From NCBI GenBank assembly GCA_965219345.1, contig OZ244732.1, positions 1,760,001 to 1,824,000 on the forward strand: 64,000 nt of DNA, given 5' to 3'. Positions 37,601 to 48,585 of this stretch are shown one piece after another; positions within the stretch are counted from its first letter, which is position 1, and each line of letters starts with the position of its first letter. The DNA comes from Nitrosopumilus sp. (lineage in GTDB: Archaea > Thermoproteota > Nitrososphaeria > Nitrososphaerales > Nitrosopumilaceae). The translations under genes were made by a program, and so were the position numbers. The notes under the pieces are model-generated. The model ran no database searches. It saw nothing but the letters and a program-made list of their open reading frames with translations, and was not told the DNA's origin.

Positions 37601-40600
37601 GAAGTTCTGACAGATGGCATTCGCTTATCTTTGTAAGTAACAACATGGGAAACGCCATTCTTTGGGAAAACACCATAGATCAGTTTTGCTTTTTGTACAA
37701 CAGAGTCCTTTAGAGACACCAAAATGAATTGGCTTTCTTTAGATCGTTCTTCTAAGATCTTTGCAAGTTTTTCAGAGTTTGGTGCATCAAGGTGTGCATC
37801 AATCTCATCAAACAAGTAAAATGGGGAAGGTTTTAGTTTTTGAAGTGCAAGTACAAACACAATTGCAGCTAATGTCTTTTCACCGCCACTAATTGATGTA
37901 GATTCTCTTTTTGGTTTATTTTGGAATTGAATTAGATAAGAAATTCCAGAATTAAAAATATCATCTTCGTTTTGTAATTCTAACCAAGCATTTCCATTAG
38001 TCATTTTATTAAATATTAAACGAATTTCTTTATCGACAGTATCAAATGCATCCAAGAATGTTTGTCGTTTTTCTTTGTTAACGCCTTCAAGGAATTTTAT
38101 AATTGCATTTTTTTCTTCCTCAAGAGAATTCTTTCTTGTGGACATTGAACGATAACCATAAGAGACTTCAAGATACATTTGAGGTGCCTTTGCGTTTAGT
38201 GAATTAAGTGAAGTTAATTCAGCATTGAGCCCCTGAACAATAGGTTCAACATCAAAGGCATCCATGTCTTTATCAAAGCTAAAAGTAGAAATAATTTGCT
38301 TTAATTTTAATTCGTTTTCTTTCAAATCATCTAAATCATGATTCAATGAATCAGACTGACGTTCCAATGTACTGATTTGTTTTGTTATCTCAGTTTTCTT
38401 ATCATATAAAATTTTTAGTTTGTCATCATATTCTTTGAGTTCCCCAATAGACGAACCAGAAGTGGCAATAAGATTTTGTTCTTTTTCTCTTAATTTTTCA
38501 AGAACTTGTTTTTTTGGTTCTTTTTGTTTTTCTAATTCTTGGATCTTTGTTTCCAATTCTTGGCGTTCTAAATTCAAAGAATGTTCTTCCTCATAAAGTT
38601 GATTAGATTGAGACTTTTCTTGACTAGCTTGAGTTTCTAGTACTGTTAGCTGAGAAGATTTGTCACGAAACTCATTCATTATTGTTGTGAATAGTTTCTC
38701 AACTTCTGCTTTCTTTACGTTAATTCTAGATAACTCATTTGCAATACGATCTTGTTCTCCACCAGCGTAGTTTTTCTCTACAATTGAGATACGTTCATTC
38801 AATGATTCAATGTGAGATTCGTTTGTAATTATTTCTGATTCAACATGTGTATTTCTTGAAGTTAATTCAGAATTTCTTTTTGTTCGCTGTTCTTGTAGAT
38901 TCATTACAGAAACAATGTTTGATTTCAAATTAGAGTAATTCTCATTTGTTGTAGATAGAGACTTTTCTGAAATGGAAAGTTTCTCTTTATGTGATTCAAT
39001 TGAATCTTCTAATTTTTTCAAAGAATGTTTTTTCTGTAGTAGATAATTTTTAATCAAGCTTATGGATTGGAACAAACCATCAATGTCGCTACTCATTGAA
39101 ATTAGTTTTGTAAGTTTTGAAACCTTTGAATTAATATCAATTACAACAGTGCCACCTCTTGCCGCAAAATATTCACCATCTATGGTAACCGCTTTGTATC
39201 CTAATTTTGATACATTATAGGCAGATTCTCGATTTTCTGTAAGTACGACATTTCCAAATAGGAATGTTTTGAGCGTAGAATAGGCGGGATCGCAGGTTAC
39301 ATAATCAGCTAGAACCCCCATGACCCCAGATTCTTTTGGTATAGTTAGCTTGAATTTTGGAATGGCATCAAGTGGTATAATCTTTAGTTTTGGAAGTTTC
39401 TTAACTCTAGCAGCTTCTGCAATTCCAATTAGAGTTGCAAAGTCTTGAACAACAATTGCCTTGATCCAATCAGAGCTCACAGCTAAAACAGAACGTTCGT
39501 ATTGTTTGTCCCATGAAATCATTTCATATACTAAACCTTTAATGCCAAGTTTGTCAGAATCTTCTTTTAATTTTGCAACAGTGTAATCTTCATGCATGAA
39601 TCCTTTCACTGTTTTGATTTTAGATTTGGCAGTAATTGCGGCTTTAGTTGATTTTTCTAATATTGAGTCCCATTCTTCCATGTCATTGTTTAACTTTGAT
39701 TTTTTTGTTTGTAATTTTATAATTTTAGATTTCAATTCAGTAATAGTCACATCATCACGTTTCATCATTGATTCAAACTTAGATTTAGATGCAGATAAAT
39801 TCACCATACCATGTACTAATCCATCAAATTTTCTAGAATTTCTTTTAATTTGATTTTTTAAGTATTCTTTTTCTTGTTGAGCTTTTGAAAGTTTGAGTTT
39901 AGTATCATTTAGTTCACCAGTAAGAATTTGAATTTTGTTATCAATTTCAGATTTTTTAGCTGCAATATCTGACTGTGCTGTTAGAACTTTTTCATATTCA
40001 GAGTCAACAATTACTACATCATTATTGATTTTATTCTTTTTGAGATTTGTCTCTTCTATTGATTCTTTTATTTTTAGGATTTGAGTGTCAACATCGATTA
40101 TAGAATTTTTGATGTCTTCTAGCTCAGTTTTGATTTTTGGACTTCTGTTATCAATTTGTTCTATTCTTTTTGTGGATACTGAGATTATGCTATTATCAGC
40201 TTCATATTGTTCAAATGCTGAGCTTATTTCTGTCTCAAGTAATGCTTTTTCTTGATTGAAGTTATCAGCTTCTTTCATTAACTTGGATTTTTTACTCTCC
40301 AAAACATCAATCTCATCTTTCATGACAGTTTTTTGACCATCTAATTCTGTGATTTCAGTAGTCATAGTGTGCAAAGTGGATTCTTTTGAAGTTTTTTGGC
40401 TTAAAACCACCTTCATTTCATTGGCAGCAGCTAGTGCATTATACCGATTTAGTTCACGCTCTAGAAAATCATGACGTAATTGTTGATTTCTTTCTTCTTC
40501 GAGTTCATCAATTCTTTTTTTGATTTCACCCATTTTTGCAGTTGCAACTTCAAATCTTCTATCAGCATCATCTAGCTGTTTTAGAGCCTCTGTCTTTTTT

Positions 40601-41121
40601 TCATCAAAGTAAGATAACCCAATTAAATCCTCAATTGTTTCTCTTTTTTCTTCGGATGTAAATTCAGAAATTCTAGTTACGGTTCCTTGTTGAATTGCAT
40701 TAAGTTGACCTAAACCCGCATTTGCCATGTCAAGTAAATCAAGAACTTGACTTCGAGTTGTTTTCTTTTTGTTGAGATAGTATATGCTTTCACCATGTTC
40801 ATTCATTTCTCTTGTAATCACAACAAGATCAGAGTCAACCGGGATTTTTCTGTCCGAATTATCAAAGTGTACAGTAGATCTTGTCAGTTTGGGTCCACGA
40901 CGACTTCCCTCAACATCATGAATTAATGATCGTAATTTGTCAGCCCTCAATGTTTTTGGTTTATTTTCACCCATTGCAAACTGAATGGCATCTAAGATGT
41001 TACTTTTTCCTGAACCATTTGGGCCGGAGATGGATACAAGACCAGGTTCAAACGGAACTATGGTATTCTTAAATCCAAAAGATTTGAAGCCAAAGATCTC
41101 AACTTTTTTAACATGAACCAA
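37597..41121 (-). CDS. smc: Chromosome segregation protein SMC
   Basis: GPNGSGKSN, coiled coils with central hinge, SGGEK, FDEIDAHLD. Confidence 0.96.
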   Translation of the reverse strand: MVHVKKVEIFGFKSFGFKNTIVPFEPGLVSISGPNGSGKSNILDAIQFAMGENKPKTLRADKLRSLIHDVEGSRRGPKLTRSTVHFDNSDRKIPVDSDLVVITREMNEHGESIYYLNKKKTTRSQVLDLLDMANAGLGQLNAIQQGTVTRISEFTSEEKRETIEDLIGLSYFDEKKTEALKQLDDADRRFEVATAKMGEIKKRIDELEEERNQQLRHDFLERELNRYNALAAANEMKVVLSQKTSKESTLHTMTTEITELDGQKTVMKDEIDVLESKKSKLMKEADNFNQEKALLETEISSAFEQYEADNSIISVSTKRIEQIDNRSPKIKTELEDIKNSIIDVDTQILKIKESIEETNLKKNKINNDVVIVDSEYEKVLTAQSDIAAKKSEIDNKIQILTGELNDTKLKLSKAQQEKEYLKNQIKRNSRKFDGLVHGMVNLSASKSKFESMMKRDDVTITELKSKIIKLQTKKSKLNNDMEEWDSILEKSTKAAITAKSKIKTVKGFMHEDYTVAKLKEDSDKLGIKGLVYEMISWDKQYERSVLAVSSDWIKAIVVQDFATLIGIAEAARVKKLPKLKIIPLDAIPKFKLTIPKESGVMGVLADYVTCDPAYSTLKTFLFGNVVLTENRESAYNVSKLGYKAVTIDGEYFAARGGTVVIDINSKVSKLTKLISMSSDIDGLFQSISLIKNYLLQKKHSLKKLEDSIESHKEKLSISEKSLSTTNENYSNLKSNIVSVMNLQEQRTKRNSELTSRNTHVESEIITNESHIESLNERISIVEKNYAGGEQDRIANELSRINVKKAEVEKLFTTIMNEFRDKSSQLTVLETQASQEKSQSNQLYEEEHSLNLERQELETKIQELEKQKEPKKQVLEKLREKEQNLIATSGSSIGELKEYDDKLKILYDKKTEITKQISTLERQSDSLNHDLDDLKENELKLKQIISTFSFDKDMDAFDVEPIVQGLNAELTSLNSLNAKAPQMYLEVSYGYRSMSTRKNSLEEEKNAIIKFLEGVNKEKRQTFLDAFDTVDKEIRLIFNKMTNGNAWLELQNEDDIFNSGISYLIQFQNKPKRESTSISGGEKTLAAIVFVLALQKLKPSPFYLFDEIDAHLDAPNSEKLAKILEERSKESQFILVSLKDSVVQKAKLIYGVFPKNGVSHVVTYKDKRMPSVRTS

Positions 41122-41300
41122 TAGCGATCTTTTCTTAATCTGTAGGATAATCGGTGATTAACAAGTTTAGTTGACATAATTGCATAATTTTTCTTGTTTT
41201 ATTATGAAATTTTTCGTAGTGGGTGTAATGATGAAACACTAGAAAATAAAGAGTCTAAAATTGTGCCTACCTATAATTATGAAGTAGTTATTGTAAATTC

Positions 41301-42034
41301 ATGGTAAAATTAGGACTATTCAAACTATCTCATACAGCACAAATCAAAAGGGAATTTCTAGAGTTTCAGCAATGTTAAAAAAATTGGGCAAAAAAGAGAC
41401 GGAAATAGTATGCTTGCCTGAACAATGGTTGAAGAACAATGAAATTTCAGATTTTGATTCAGAGTTTTTAGACTTTAAGAAAATTGCAAAAGATTTCTCT
41501 ATGACAATAATTCCTGGAGCGTTTTATGAAATCACAGATAGAAAACCATCAATATCGCGCCCATAATTGGTCCAGAAGGGGAGTTCATAGGAAGACAGGA
41601 AAAAATACACCCATTTGATTATGAAAGAGATGTTGTAAAGCCTGGAAGAGAAGCCAAAATTTCCAATACTGCCTGTAAATTTGGAGTAGTGATTTATTAC
41701 GATCTAGTATTTCCAAAAGTTGCAAACACTCTAGTGAAAAAAGGAGCCCAGGCGTTGTTATCTCCAAGCAGGATTGTAAGAAGAGGAATAGAACATGGCA
41801 GTTGTATGTTCAGGTAAGAGCACTAGAAAATGGGACTCCCATTCTTGCTGCAAATGTAGAAAACCACAGATTTGGGGGAACAGCATGTCGTAGATTTAAC
41901 TGAAAATAACAAAGTTGTTACCGCAAAAATCACTAAACTAAACGGAGAGAGTGAAGTTACAAGAGAGTTCATGCTTGACAAATATGAAAAAAAGTAGAAA
42001 AATCAGATTTTCAGATTCAAATAAGTTTCAATGA
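41301..42034 (+). pseudogene. Carbon-nitrogen hydrolase (nitrilase family) pseudogene
   Basis: Fragments MVKLG, CLPEQW, GRQEKIHPF, GVVIYYDLVFP (catalytic Cys of ICYD replaced by Tyr), VRALENG, spread over several frames. Confidence 0.88.
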
Positions 42035-43129
42035 TTATTCACCAGCAACAAATTTTTCACATGCAGCTTTTGCTTGAACATCAGAAGTTTGTTCTATTGG
42101 ATGTTTCATCAAATATGCGCTTGCCGGTTTGATTGGTCCACCAACCCCTCTATCAAGAGCAATTTTTGCCAATCTAATTGCATCAATTACAATTCCTGCA
42201 GAATTTGCTTTATCATCAACTTCTAAGCGAACTTCCATATTGTAAGGGATGTTTGCCCATTGACGACCTTCGATTCTCATAAACATGAGTTTAGTATTAC
42301 CCAAAAACGGAATGAAATCAGAAGGGCCAACATAAATTTGATCATCATCTAGTCGTTCAGCAAGTTGGCTTTGAACACTTTCTGTTTTAGAAATTCTCTT
42401 CGAGGCAAGTCTATCTTGTTCTTTCATATTTAGAAAATCAGTATTTCCTCCAACATTGATTTGGTATGTTTTTTCAATTTTGGTTCCTCTGTCACTGCAT
42501 AGTTTAGCTAATGTTCTATGAACTATGGTTGCACCAACTTGACCTTTGATATCATCACCAATGCAAGGGATATTTTTTTCTTCAAATTTTTTCGCCCATT
42601 TTTCATCTGAGGCAATAAATGATGGTATACAATTTACAAAGGCAGTGTTAGTATCAAGACAGATTTGAGCCCAAAACTCAGTTACCTTATCAGAACCAAC
42701 AGGCAAATAAGACACAATGATTTCAACACCAGTGTCTTTGAGTACTTGTTTTACATCTTCAGCAATCTGTTCAGTAGTTTTAGAACTTTGAATTGGTTTA
42801 ATTCTGTTTTCCACCCATATTCCAACTCCATCTAATACAGGACTTTCATAGACATTAGCATCTGTTTTTGGCATTTCATCTTTTGGAATCCAGTCAACCA
42901 TGTTTGGGTACTCATAAATCGCTTCATTGAGTGGTTTTCCAACTTTGTTTTCACCTACATCAAATCCACATACAAAATCAATGTCGTGAATTCCATATCC
43001 AGCTAATTTATCATGAATAATTCCAGTAACCTCTTGAGAGGGATTTATTCGATAGTATTCAATTCCTTCAATTAATCCGGAAAAACAATTCCCAATACCC
43101 ACTAAACCAACTTTAATTCTACCTGCCAT
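42035..43129 (-). CDS. ino1: Myo-inositol-1-phosphate synthase
   Basis: GIGNC, SYLPVGS, GDDIKGQVGAT, QINVGGNTDFLNM, SKRISKT, DK.NSAG. Confidence 0.95.
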   Translation of the reverse strand: MAGRIKVGLVGIGNCFSGLIEGIEYYRINPSQEVTGIIHDKLAGYGIHDIDFVCGFDVGENKVGKPLNEAIYEYPNMVDWIPKDEMPKTDANVYESPVLDGVGIWVENRIKPIQSSKTTEQIAEDVKQVLKDTGVEIIVSYLPVGSDKVTEFWAQICLDTNTAFVNCIPSFIASDEKWAKKFEEKNIPCIGDDIKGQVGATIVHRTLAKLCSDRGTKIEKTYQINVGGNTDFLNMKEQDRLASKRISKTESVQSQLAERLDDDQIYVGPSDFIPFLGNTKLMFMRIEGRQWANIPYNMEVRLEVDDKANSAGIVIDAIRLAKIALDRGVGGPIKPASAYLMKHPIEQTSDVQAKAACEKFVAGE

Positions 43130-43210
43130 TCAAAAAGTGTGTCATTGGGCCGGTTAAAAGTTTTCTCAGAAAAATAATAAAATAATTTCATTTAAGACAG
43201 GAATTTATAC

Positions 43211-44173
43211 TTGCTTTCAACGAGTAAAAAGATGATAGAGTCAGGTCGTCCAGTCAAAGATATTGAGATTGATTCAAATTCATCTATTGAAAAAATATTT
43301 GAAGAAATATCTCAGTCGGGAGGGTTTGAATCAGTAAATCTATCAGACGGATTAGAAATTTTAACAGAGATGATTTCAGATGAACAATGTCTCGGATTTA
43401 TCTCGTTTGTAGCAGCTGTAATGTCAACAGGGTTAAGAGGGATTGTCAAAGATATGATCAAAAACAAGTGGTTTGATGTAGCCATAACAACATGTGGGGC
43501 ATTAGATCATGATATTGCAAGACATTTCTCACATTACAAAGAAGGTTCTTTTACAATGGATGACAAAGAGTTGGCAGACCAAAACATTCACAGATTAGGT
43601 AACGTACTTGTGCCTATGGAAAGCTATGGACCAATCATTGAAGAAAAGATGCAAGAATTTTTGGAAGAAGAGTATCAAAATGGAACAAGAGAGATGACAA
43701 CTGCAGAAATATGCAAAATGATTGGAAAGCATTTAGGGGAAGATTCATTTCTTTTTTGGGCATACAAAAATGATGTTAGTGTAGTAGTTCCAGGAATTGT
43801 GGATGGTGCGGTAGGAAGTCAAATTTGGCTCTTCACACAGAAACATAATGATTTCAAACTAAACATAATAGGAGATGCAGAACTACTTTCAGGATTAATT
43901 TTCAAAGCTAAAAAATCCGGAGCATTTATGATTGGAGGAGGAATTTCAAAACATCACACATTATGGTGGAATCAATACAGAGAAGGATTGGATTATGCAT
44001 TTTACATTACAACTGCACAAGAGTTTGACGGAAGTCTTAGTGGTGCATTAGTAAAAGAAGCAATTTCTTGGGGAAAAGTAACACAAAAGGCAAAGCAGAC
44101 AACACTCCATGCAGAAGTAACAACAGTATTACCATTCATCTATTCAGCACTTATTTCAAAATTAAAAAAATAA
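43211..44173 (+). CDS. dys: Deoxyhypusine synthase
   Basis: STGLRG, HRLGN, GGGISKH, DGSLSGA...EAISWGK. Confidence 0.95.
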   Translation: MLSTSKKMIESGRPVKDIEIDSNSSIEKIFEEISQSGGFESVNLSDGLEILTEMISDEQCLGFISFVAAVMSTGLRGIVKDMIKNKWFDVAITTCGALDHDIARHFSHYKEGSFTMDDKELADQNIHRLGNVLVPMESYGPIIEEKMQEFLEEEYQNGTREMTTAEICKMIGKHLGEDSFLFWAYKNDVSVVVPGIVDGAVGSQIWLFTQKHNDFKLNIIGDAELLSGLIFKAKKSGAFMIGGGISKHHTLWWNQYREGLDYAFYITTAQEFDGSLSGALVKEAISWGKVTQKAKQTTLHAEVTTVLPFIYSALISKLKK

Positions 44174-44222
44174 ATTTAAAATTAACCAAAAATTATTATT
44201 CTATTAATACAAAAATTATTCA

Positions 44223-44936
44223 ATGTTTCCTAGAATTAGAATTAGAGAATTAAAACCATTCAATTTAGAAGGCGGGTATCTTATTGATGGTTTTCCGTCA
44301 GTTGGGTTTACTAGTGCAATTGCATCTGAATCAATGATACACACATCAAAATTTGAGTTGGCAGGAGTCATTGATTCGGATATTTTTCCACCAATCAGTG
44401 TCATCAAAGATGGAAAACCAAATTATCCAACAAGAATTTTTGTTAACGAAGATTTGAAAGTTGGAATGTTTTTGTCATATCTTACTCTTGATCGGTCGTT
44501 GCATCGAACTCTAGCTAAAACAATGTTAAAGTGGGCAAAGAAACACAAAATTGAATTAATTGTCAGTAGTGTTGCAATCAAATCATCAGATGGTGATGAA
44601 AAGATGATGGCTATTGGGAGTACAGATTCTGCTAGAGTAAAAGTGAAAGAGGCAGGTTTGAAAGTTTTAGAACATGGAACTGTACCAGGAATTCCTGGAA
44701 TTTTGTTAAATGAAGGAAGTATGACAGGTCAAGACGTTATTGTTATAATTTTTCACACAGATGGAAAAGGTCCAGATTTTAAATCAAGTGCACAGCTTTG
44801 TATGGCAATGTCTCAATTAATTCCCGGAGCATCATGCGATATTCCATCATTACAGCAAGAGGCTGAAAAAGCTGAAGTAGTAATAAAAGAAGCAGAAGAA
44901 GAATCAAGACATCTTAAAGATTCCATGTATAGATAG
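44223..44936 (+). CDS. PAC2-family proteasome assembly chaperone-like protein
   Basis: GFPSVG..S.IA, PP.S.I..G....P.RI, G..G.LL, PD...A. Confidence 0.88.
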   Translation: MFPRIRIRELKPFNLEGGYLIDGFPSVGFTSAIASESMIHTSKFELAGVIDSDIFPPISVIKDGKPNYPTRIFVNEDLKVGMFLSYLTLDRSLHRTLAKTMLKWAKKHKIELIVSSVAIKSSDGDEKMMAIGSTDSARVKVKEAGLKVLEHGTVPGIPGILLNEGSMTGQDVIVIIFHTDGKGPDFKSSAQLCMAMSQLIPGASCDIPSLQQEAEKAEVVIKEAEEESRHLKDSMYR

Positions 44937-44989
44937 AATTTTTCAATTATGTTTATTTCATAACTGAAAACAAGTAATGTCAGAAAACA

Positions 44990-45610
44990 ATGGTTGAGAT
45001 CCTTGAATTTGCAGTAATAGTAATAGTAATTTCAGCATCAGGAGTCATGGCACCTGGGCCTCTTTTTGCAGCAACTGTATCGTACGGGTTAAGAGAAAGC
45101 ACAAGAGCAGGTGTTAAGATAGCAATTGGTCATACAATTGTTGAATTACCATTAATAATTTTGTTAGGAATAGGGGTTTTTTCTTTAGAATCGTTTCCAG
45201 AATTTAGGACTATAATTTCAATTTTCGGAGCAATCACACTTTTCGTATTTGCAACAATACAGATTAGGACAATATTTAGAAAAAAAGAACTTGTTTTATC
45301 TAATTCAAAACATGGTCCGCTAATTACAGGAATTGCATTAAGTGCATTAAATCCATTTTTCATAATTTGGTGGCTAGCCATTGGATTCAGATTAATTTCA
45401 GATGCAATGTTAATGTGGTCTTTTGCAGGCATACTAATTGTATTTGTATTACACATTTGGATGGATTTTGCATGGTTAGGAACAGTTTCATTTCTAGCAT
45501 CAAAAAGTTCAAAAATTCTTTCCAACAAAAATTACAAGATAGTGATGATAGGATTAAGTTTAATGTTAATTTATTTTGGAATAACGTTTTTGGTAGACAT
45601 ATTGCCTTAA
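44990..45610 (+). CDS. LysE-family transporter
   Basis: SGVMAPGP, GH..VE, LNPFF..WW. Confidence 0.9.
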   Translation: MVEILEFAVIVIVISASGVMAPGPLFAATVSYGLRESTRAGVKIAIGHTIVELPLIILLGIGVFSLESFPEFRTIISIFGAITLFVFATIQIRTIFRKKELVLSNSKHGPLITGIALSALNPFFIIWWLAIGFRLISDAMLMWSFAGILIVFVLHIWMDFAWLGTVSFLASKSSKILSNKNYKIVMIGLSLMLIYFGITFLVDILP

Positions 45611-45846
45611 CCGCAATCTAAAATTTCTATTTGTGGTTCACAATCGTCATTAAATAAATCAATTTTTTCAACTACAGTTTCACAGAATTCAGGTTCAAGA
45701 GATTTCTCATATGAAGTAATTTCATTTAAAATTATCATATGTTGAGTTCCACAAGAATAACCAATTAAATTAATTGAAATTCCAATAATTGAAATTCCGA
45801 TTATAATTAAAATTAAATTTTTCAAATTAGTCTTTTGTAATGTCAA
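45607..45846 (-). CDS. Small membrane-anchored protein with three Cys-containing motifs
   Basis: N-terminal TM helix followed by SCG..H, EFCE, FNDDC. Confidence 0.65.
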   Translation of the reverse strand: MTLQKTNLKNLILIIIGISIIGISINLIGYSCGTQHMIILNEITSYEKSLEPEFCETVVEKIDLFNDDCEPQIEILDCG

Positions 45847-47128
45847 TTTCCATTATAGAAACATTACGCTGTTTTCCATCTTGAGAAGTAAGGGAGTCAG
45901 ACGAAATTCTTACATCACTAACAAAATAACCAACTGAATCCATTCTTTTAACAATCATTTGAGATACATCAACTGCTTGCGTGATTCTTTTTCCTCTAGC
46001 CTTGATAGTGACAGTGTGTCTTGTTGATAATTGAGTTAAGGTTGCAGAAACATAAGTCATAATTGGTTTAGTACCAACAAAAATTGTATCTCGTTCTTCT
46101 GATTTTTGGGGGGAGTCTGAAGTTTCGCTAGAAGGTATTTCATGTTCTGGTTCAGGTGTTGGTTCTGGTTCAGGTGTTGGTTCTGGTTCTGGTGTTGGTT
46201 CTGGTTCAGGTGTTGGTTCTGGTTCAGGTGTTGGTTCTGGTTCAGGTGTTGGTTCTGGTTCAGGTGTTGGTTCTGGTTCAGGTGTTGGTTCTGGTTCAGG
46301 TGTTGGTTCTGGTTCAGGTGTTGGTTCTGGTTCAGGTGTTGGTTCTGGTTCAGGTGTTGGTTCTGGTTCAGGTGTTGGTTCTGGTTCAGGTGTTGGTTCT
46401 GGTTCAGGTGTTGGTTCTGGTTCTGGTTCAGGTGTTGGTTCTGGTTCAGGTGTTGGTTCTGGTTCTGGTGTTGGTTCTGGTTCAGGTGTTGGTTCTGGTT
46501 CAGGTGTTGGTTCTGGTTCAGGTGTTGGTTCTGGTTCAGGTGTTGGTTCTGGTTCAGGTGTTGGTTCTGGTTCAGGTGTTGGTTCTGGTTCAGGTGTTGG
46601 TTCTGGTTCAGGTGTTGGTTCTGGTTCAGGTGTTGGTTCTGGTTCAGGTGTTGGTTCTGGTTCAGGTGTTGGTTCTGGTTCAGGTGTTGGTTCTGGTTCA
46701 GGTGTTGGTTCTGGTTCAGGTGTTGGTTCTGGTTCAGGTGTTGGTTCTGGTTCTGGTTCAGGTGTTGGTTCTGGTTCAGGTGTTGGTTCTGGTTCAGGTG
46801 TTGGTTCTGGTTCAGGTGTTGGTTCTGGTTCAGGTGTTGGTTCTGGTTCAGGTGTTGGTTCTGGTTCAGGTGTTGGTTCTGGTTCAGGTGTTGGTTCTGG
46901 TTCAGGTGTTGGTTCTGGTTCAGGTGTTGGTTCTGGTTCAGGTGTTGGTTCTGGTTCAGGTGTTGGTTCTGGTTCAGGTGTTGGTTCTGGTTCAGGTGTT
47001 GGTTCTGGTTCAGGTGTTGGTTCTGGTTCAGGTGTTGGTTCTGGTTCAGGTTGTTCTTGAGGTTTAGTTCGAGAATCAAATTCTGATAAAATATCTTCTG
47101 CGTCTTTTGATTTTTTAGAGTCACTCAA
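45827..47128 (-). CDS. albA: Alba-domain protein with a very long acidic (PEPEPT)n N-terminal extension
   Basis: C-terminal [12 protein letters not shown]...[15 protein letters not shown]...RNVS.MEI Alba signature. Confidence 0.9.
   Translation of the reverse strand: MSDSKKSKDAEDILSEFDSRTKPQEQPEPEPTPEPEPTPEPEPTPEPEPTPEPEPTPEPEPTPEPEPTPEPEPTPEPEPTPEPEPTPEPEPTPEPEPTPEPEPTPEPEPTPEPEPTPEPEPTPEPEPEPTPEPEPTPEPEPTPEPEPTPEPEPTPEPEPTPEPEPTPEPEPTPEPEPTPEPEPTPEPEPTPEPEPTPEPEPTPEPEPTPEPEPTPEPEPTPEPEPTPEPEPTPEPEPEPTPEPEPTPEPEPTPEPEPTPEPEPTPEPEPTPEPEPTPEPEPTPEPEPTPEPEPTPEPEPTPEPEPTPEPEPTPEPEPTPEPEPTPEPEHEIPSSETSDSPQKSEERDTIFVGTKPIMTYVSATLTQLSTRHTVTIKARGKRITQAVDVSQMIVKRMDSVGYFVSDVRISSDSLTSQDGKQRNVSIMEIDITKD
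46145..47052. repeat. ~50 copies of the 18-bp repeat TTCTGGTTCAGGTGTTGG
   Basis: Directly visible; two 6-bp insertions (~46421, ~46751) and two synonymous variants (46190, 46466). Confidence 0.97.
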
Positions 47129-47169
47129 TTTTAGATTCCTTTTATAACAAAATCTTCTTTTGCTTTTAT

Positions 47170-47418
47170 TTAATTTTTAAGGTTTTGTCCTTTGATATAC
47201 TCTTCAAATAATTTTTCAAGTTCTTCATCATTATCACATATTCTAATTTGCTCGACTAGATCCTCTTGTTCGATCTCATAACAATTTAAGATATCTCGGG
47301 AATCTTTGAAAATCAAAAATGCCTTGTTCTTAAATATACAATGATATAGTTTTTCTTTTTCCATTTTCTCAGGTTTTAAATTAACACCATTTTCATCTGC
47401 TGAAACAGGATAAACCAC
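47170..47418 (-). CDS. Hypothetical protein
   Basis: 82-aa ORF upstream of and co-oriented with alba. Confidence 0.7.
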   Translation of the reverse strand: MVYPVSADENGVNLKPEKMEKEKLYHCIFKNKAFLIFKDSRDILNCYEIEQEDLVEQIRICDNDEELEKLFEEYIKGQNLKN

Positions 47419-47490
47419 AAAAACAATGGAACTGTTCAGTATTTAGATTAATACACAATATAGTAATAATCAAAAGAGCTAAGAACAGTA

Positions 47491-48585
47491 TTGGAAACAA
47501 AAGTAGTTTTTCACATAGATTTTGATTATTTTTATGCTCAATGCGAAGAGATAAGATCCCCTGAACTAAGATCAAAACCAGTATGTGTTTGTGTCTTTTC
47601 GGATAGGGGTGGAGACAGTGGTGCTATTGCCACAGCTAACTATACTGCAAGAAAATATGGAGCCAAGTCAGGAATACCCATAATCTTTGCAAAAAAAATA
47701 CTTGAGGAGAGAAAAGATGCAGTGTTCTTACCAATAGATTTCGACTACTATTTCGAAATATCTGAAAAGGCTATGAAGATAATGGAAGATAATGCAGATG
47801 TTTTTGAATATGTAGGAAAAGATGAAGCATATTTGGATGTAACAAAAAAAGTTGAAGCTAATTTTGAAAAAGCAAGTCATCTTGCACAACAAATTAAAAA
47901 TTCAATTAGAGACAAGACAAAACTTAGCTGTTCTGTAGGGATCTCACCAAACAAGTTAATTTCAAAAATAGCATCAGATTTTCAAAAACCAAATGGTCTT
48001 ACAATTGTGTCTCCAGATAAAGTTGATGAATTTTTGGAACCATTAAAAATTAGATCAATACCAGGAATTGGAAAAAAGACTGAGAAAAGATTTTCAGAAA
48101 TGAATCTAGAAACAATTCAAGATTTAAAAAAATTAGATATTTTTACTTTAAACAAAGAATTTGGGAGAAAGAGTGGAACTTACATCTATAATGCAGTCAG
48201 AGGGATAGACAATGAACCAGTTAAGGAAAGAGAAGCTAGAACACAATACAGTAAAATCGTAACTTTGAAAAAAGATTCAAAAGAGTATCAATTTCTATCT
48301 GAAAATCTAATAAAATTATGCAAGGAAGTACATGATGTTGTTATGAAAAATAATATTATGTTCAAATCAATTGGAATACATTTTGTTCAGTCAGATTTAT
48401 CAAGCAAGTCAAAATCAAGAATGTTAAGAAATCCAACTTCAAATCTTAAAGAACTAGAAAAAAATGCTGATCAATTACTAAAAGAAGCCCTAGAAAACCA
48501 AGCAATCACAATTAGAAGACTAGGGGTCAAAGTTTCCGAACTTTCAGAAGTTCAAGGGCAAAGCGACATTACAAACTATTTCTAG
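47491..48585 (+). CDS. dinB: DNA polymerase IV (Y family, Dpo4/DinB)
   Basis: HIDFDYFYAQCE, ANY.ARKYG, DEAYLD, KIASD..KP.G, IPGIG. Confidence 0.96.
   Translation: METKVVFHIDFDYFYAQCEEIRSPELRSKPVCVCVFSDRGGDSGAIATANYTARKYGAKSGIPIIFAKKILEERKDAVFLPIDFDYYFEISEKAMKIMEDNADVFEYVGKDEAYLDVTKKVEANFEKASHLAQQIKNSIRDKTKLSCSVGISPNKLISKIASDFQKPNGLTIVSPDKVDEFLEPLKIRSIPGIGKKTEKRFSEMNLETIQDLKKLDIFTLNKEFGRKSGTYIYNAVRGIDNEPVKEREARTQYSKIVTLKKDSKEYQFLSENLIKLCKEVHDVVMKNNIMFKSIGIHFVQSDLSSKSKSRMLRNPTSNLKELEKNADQLLKEALENQAITIRRLGVKVSELSEVQGQSDITNYF

Noticed and set aside
46145-47052. Possible CRISPR array (also 18712-19026)
   Set aside because: Head-to-tail repeats with no unique spacers and no cas genes.
46057-47124. 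Long alternative ORFs (NQNQHL)n, (FRCWFW)n, (VLVQVL)n over the Alba repeat
   Set aside because: Stop-free shadows of an 18-bp repeat; only the PEPEPT frame joins the Alba domain, and the variants are synonymous in that frame.
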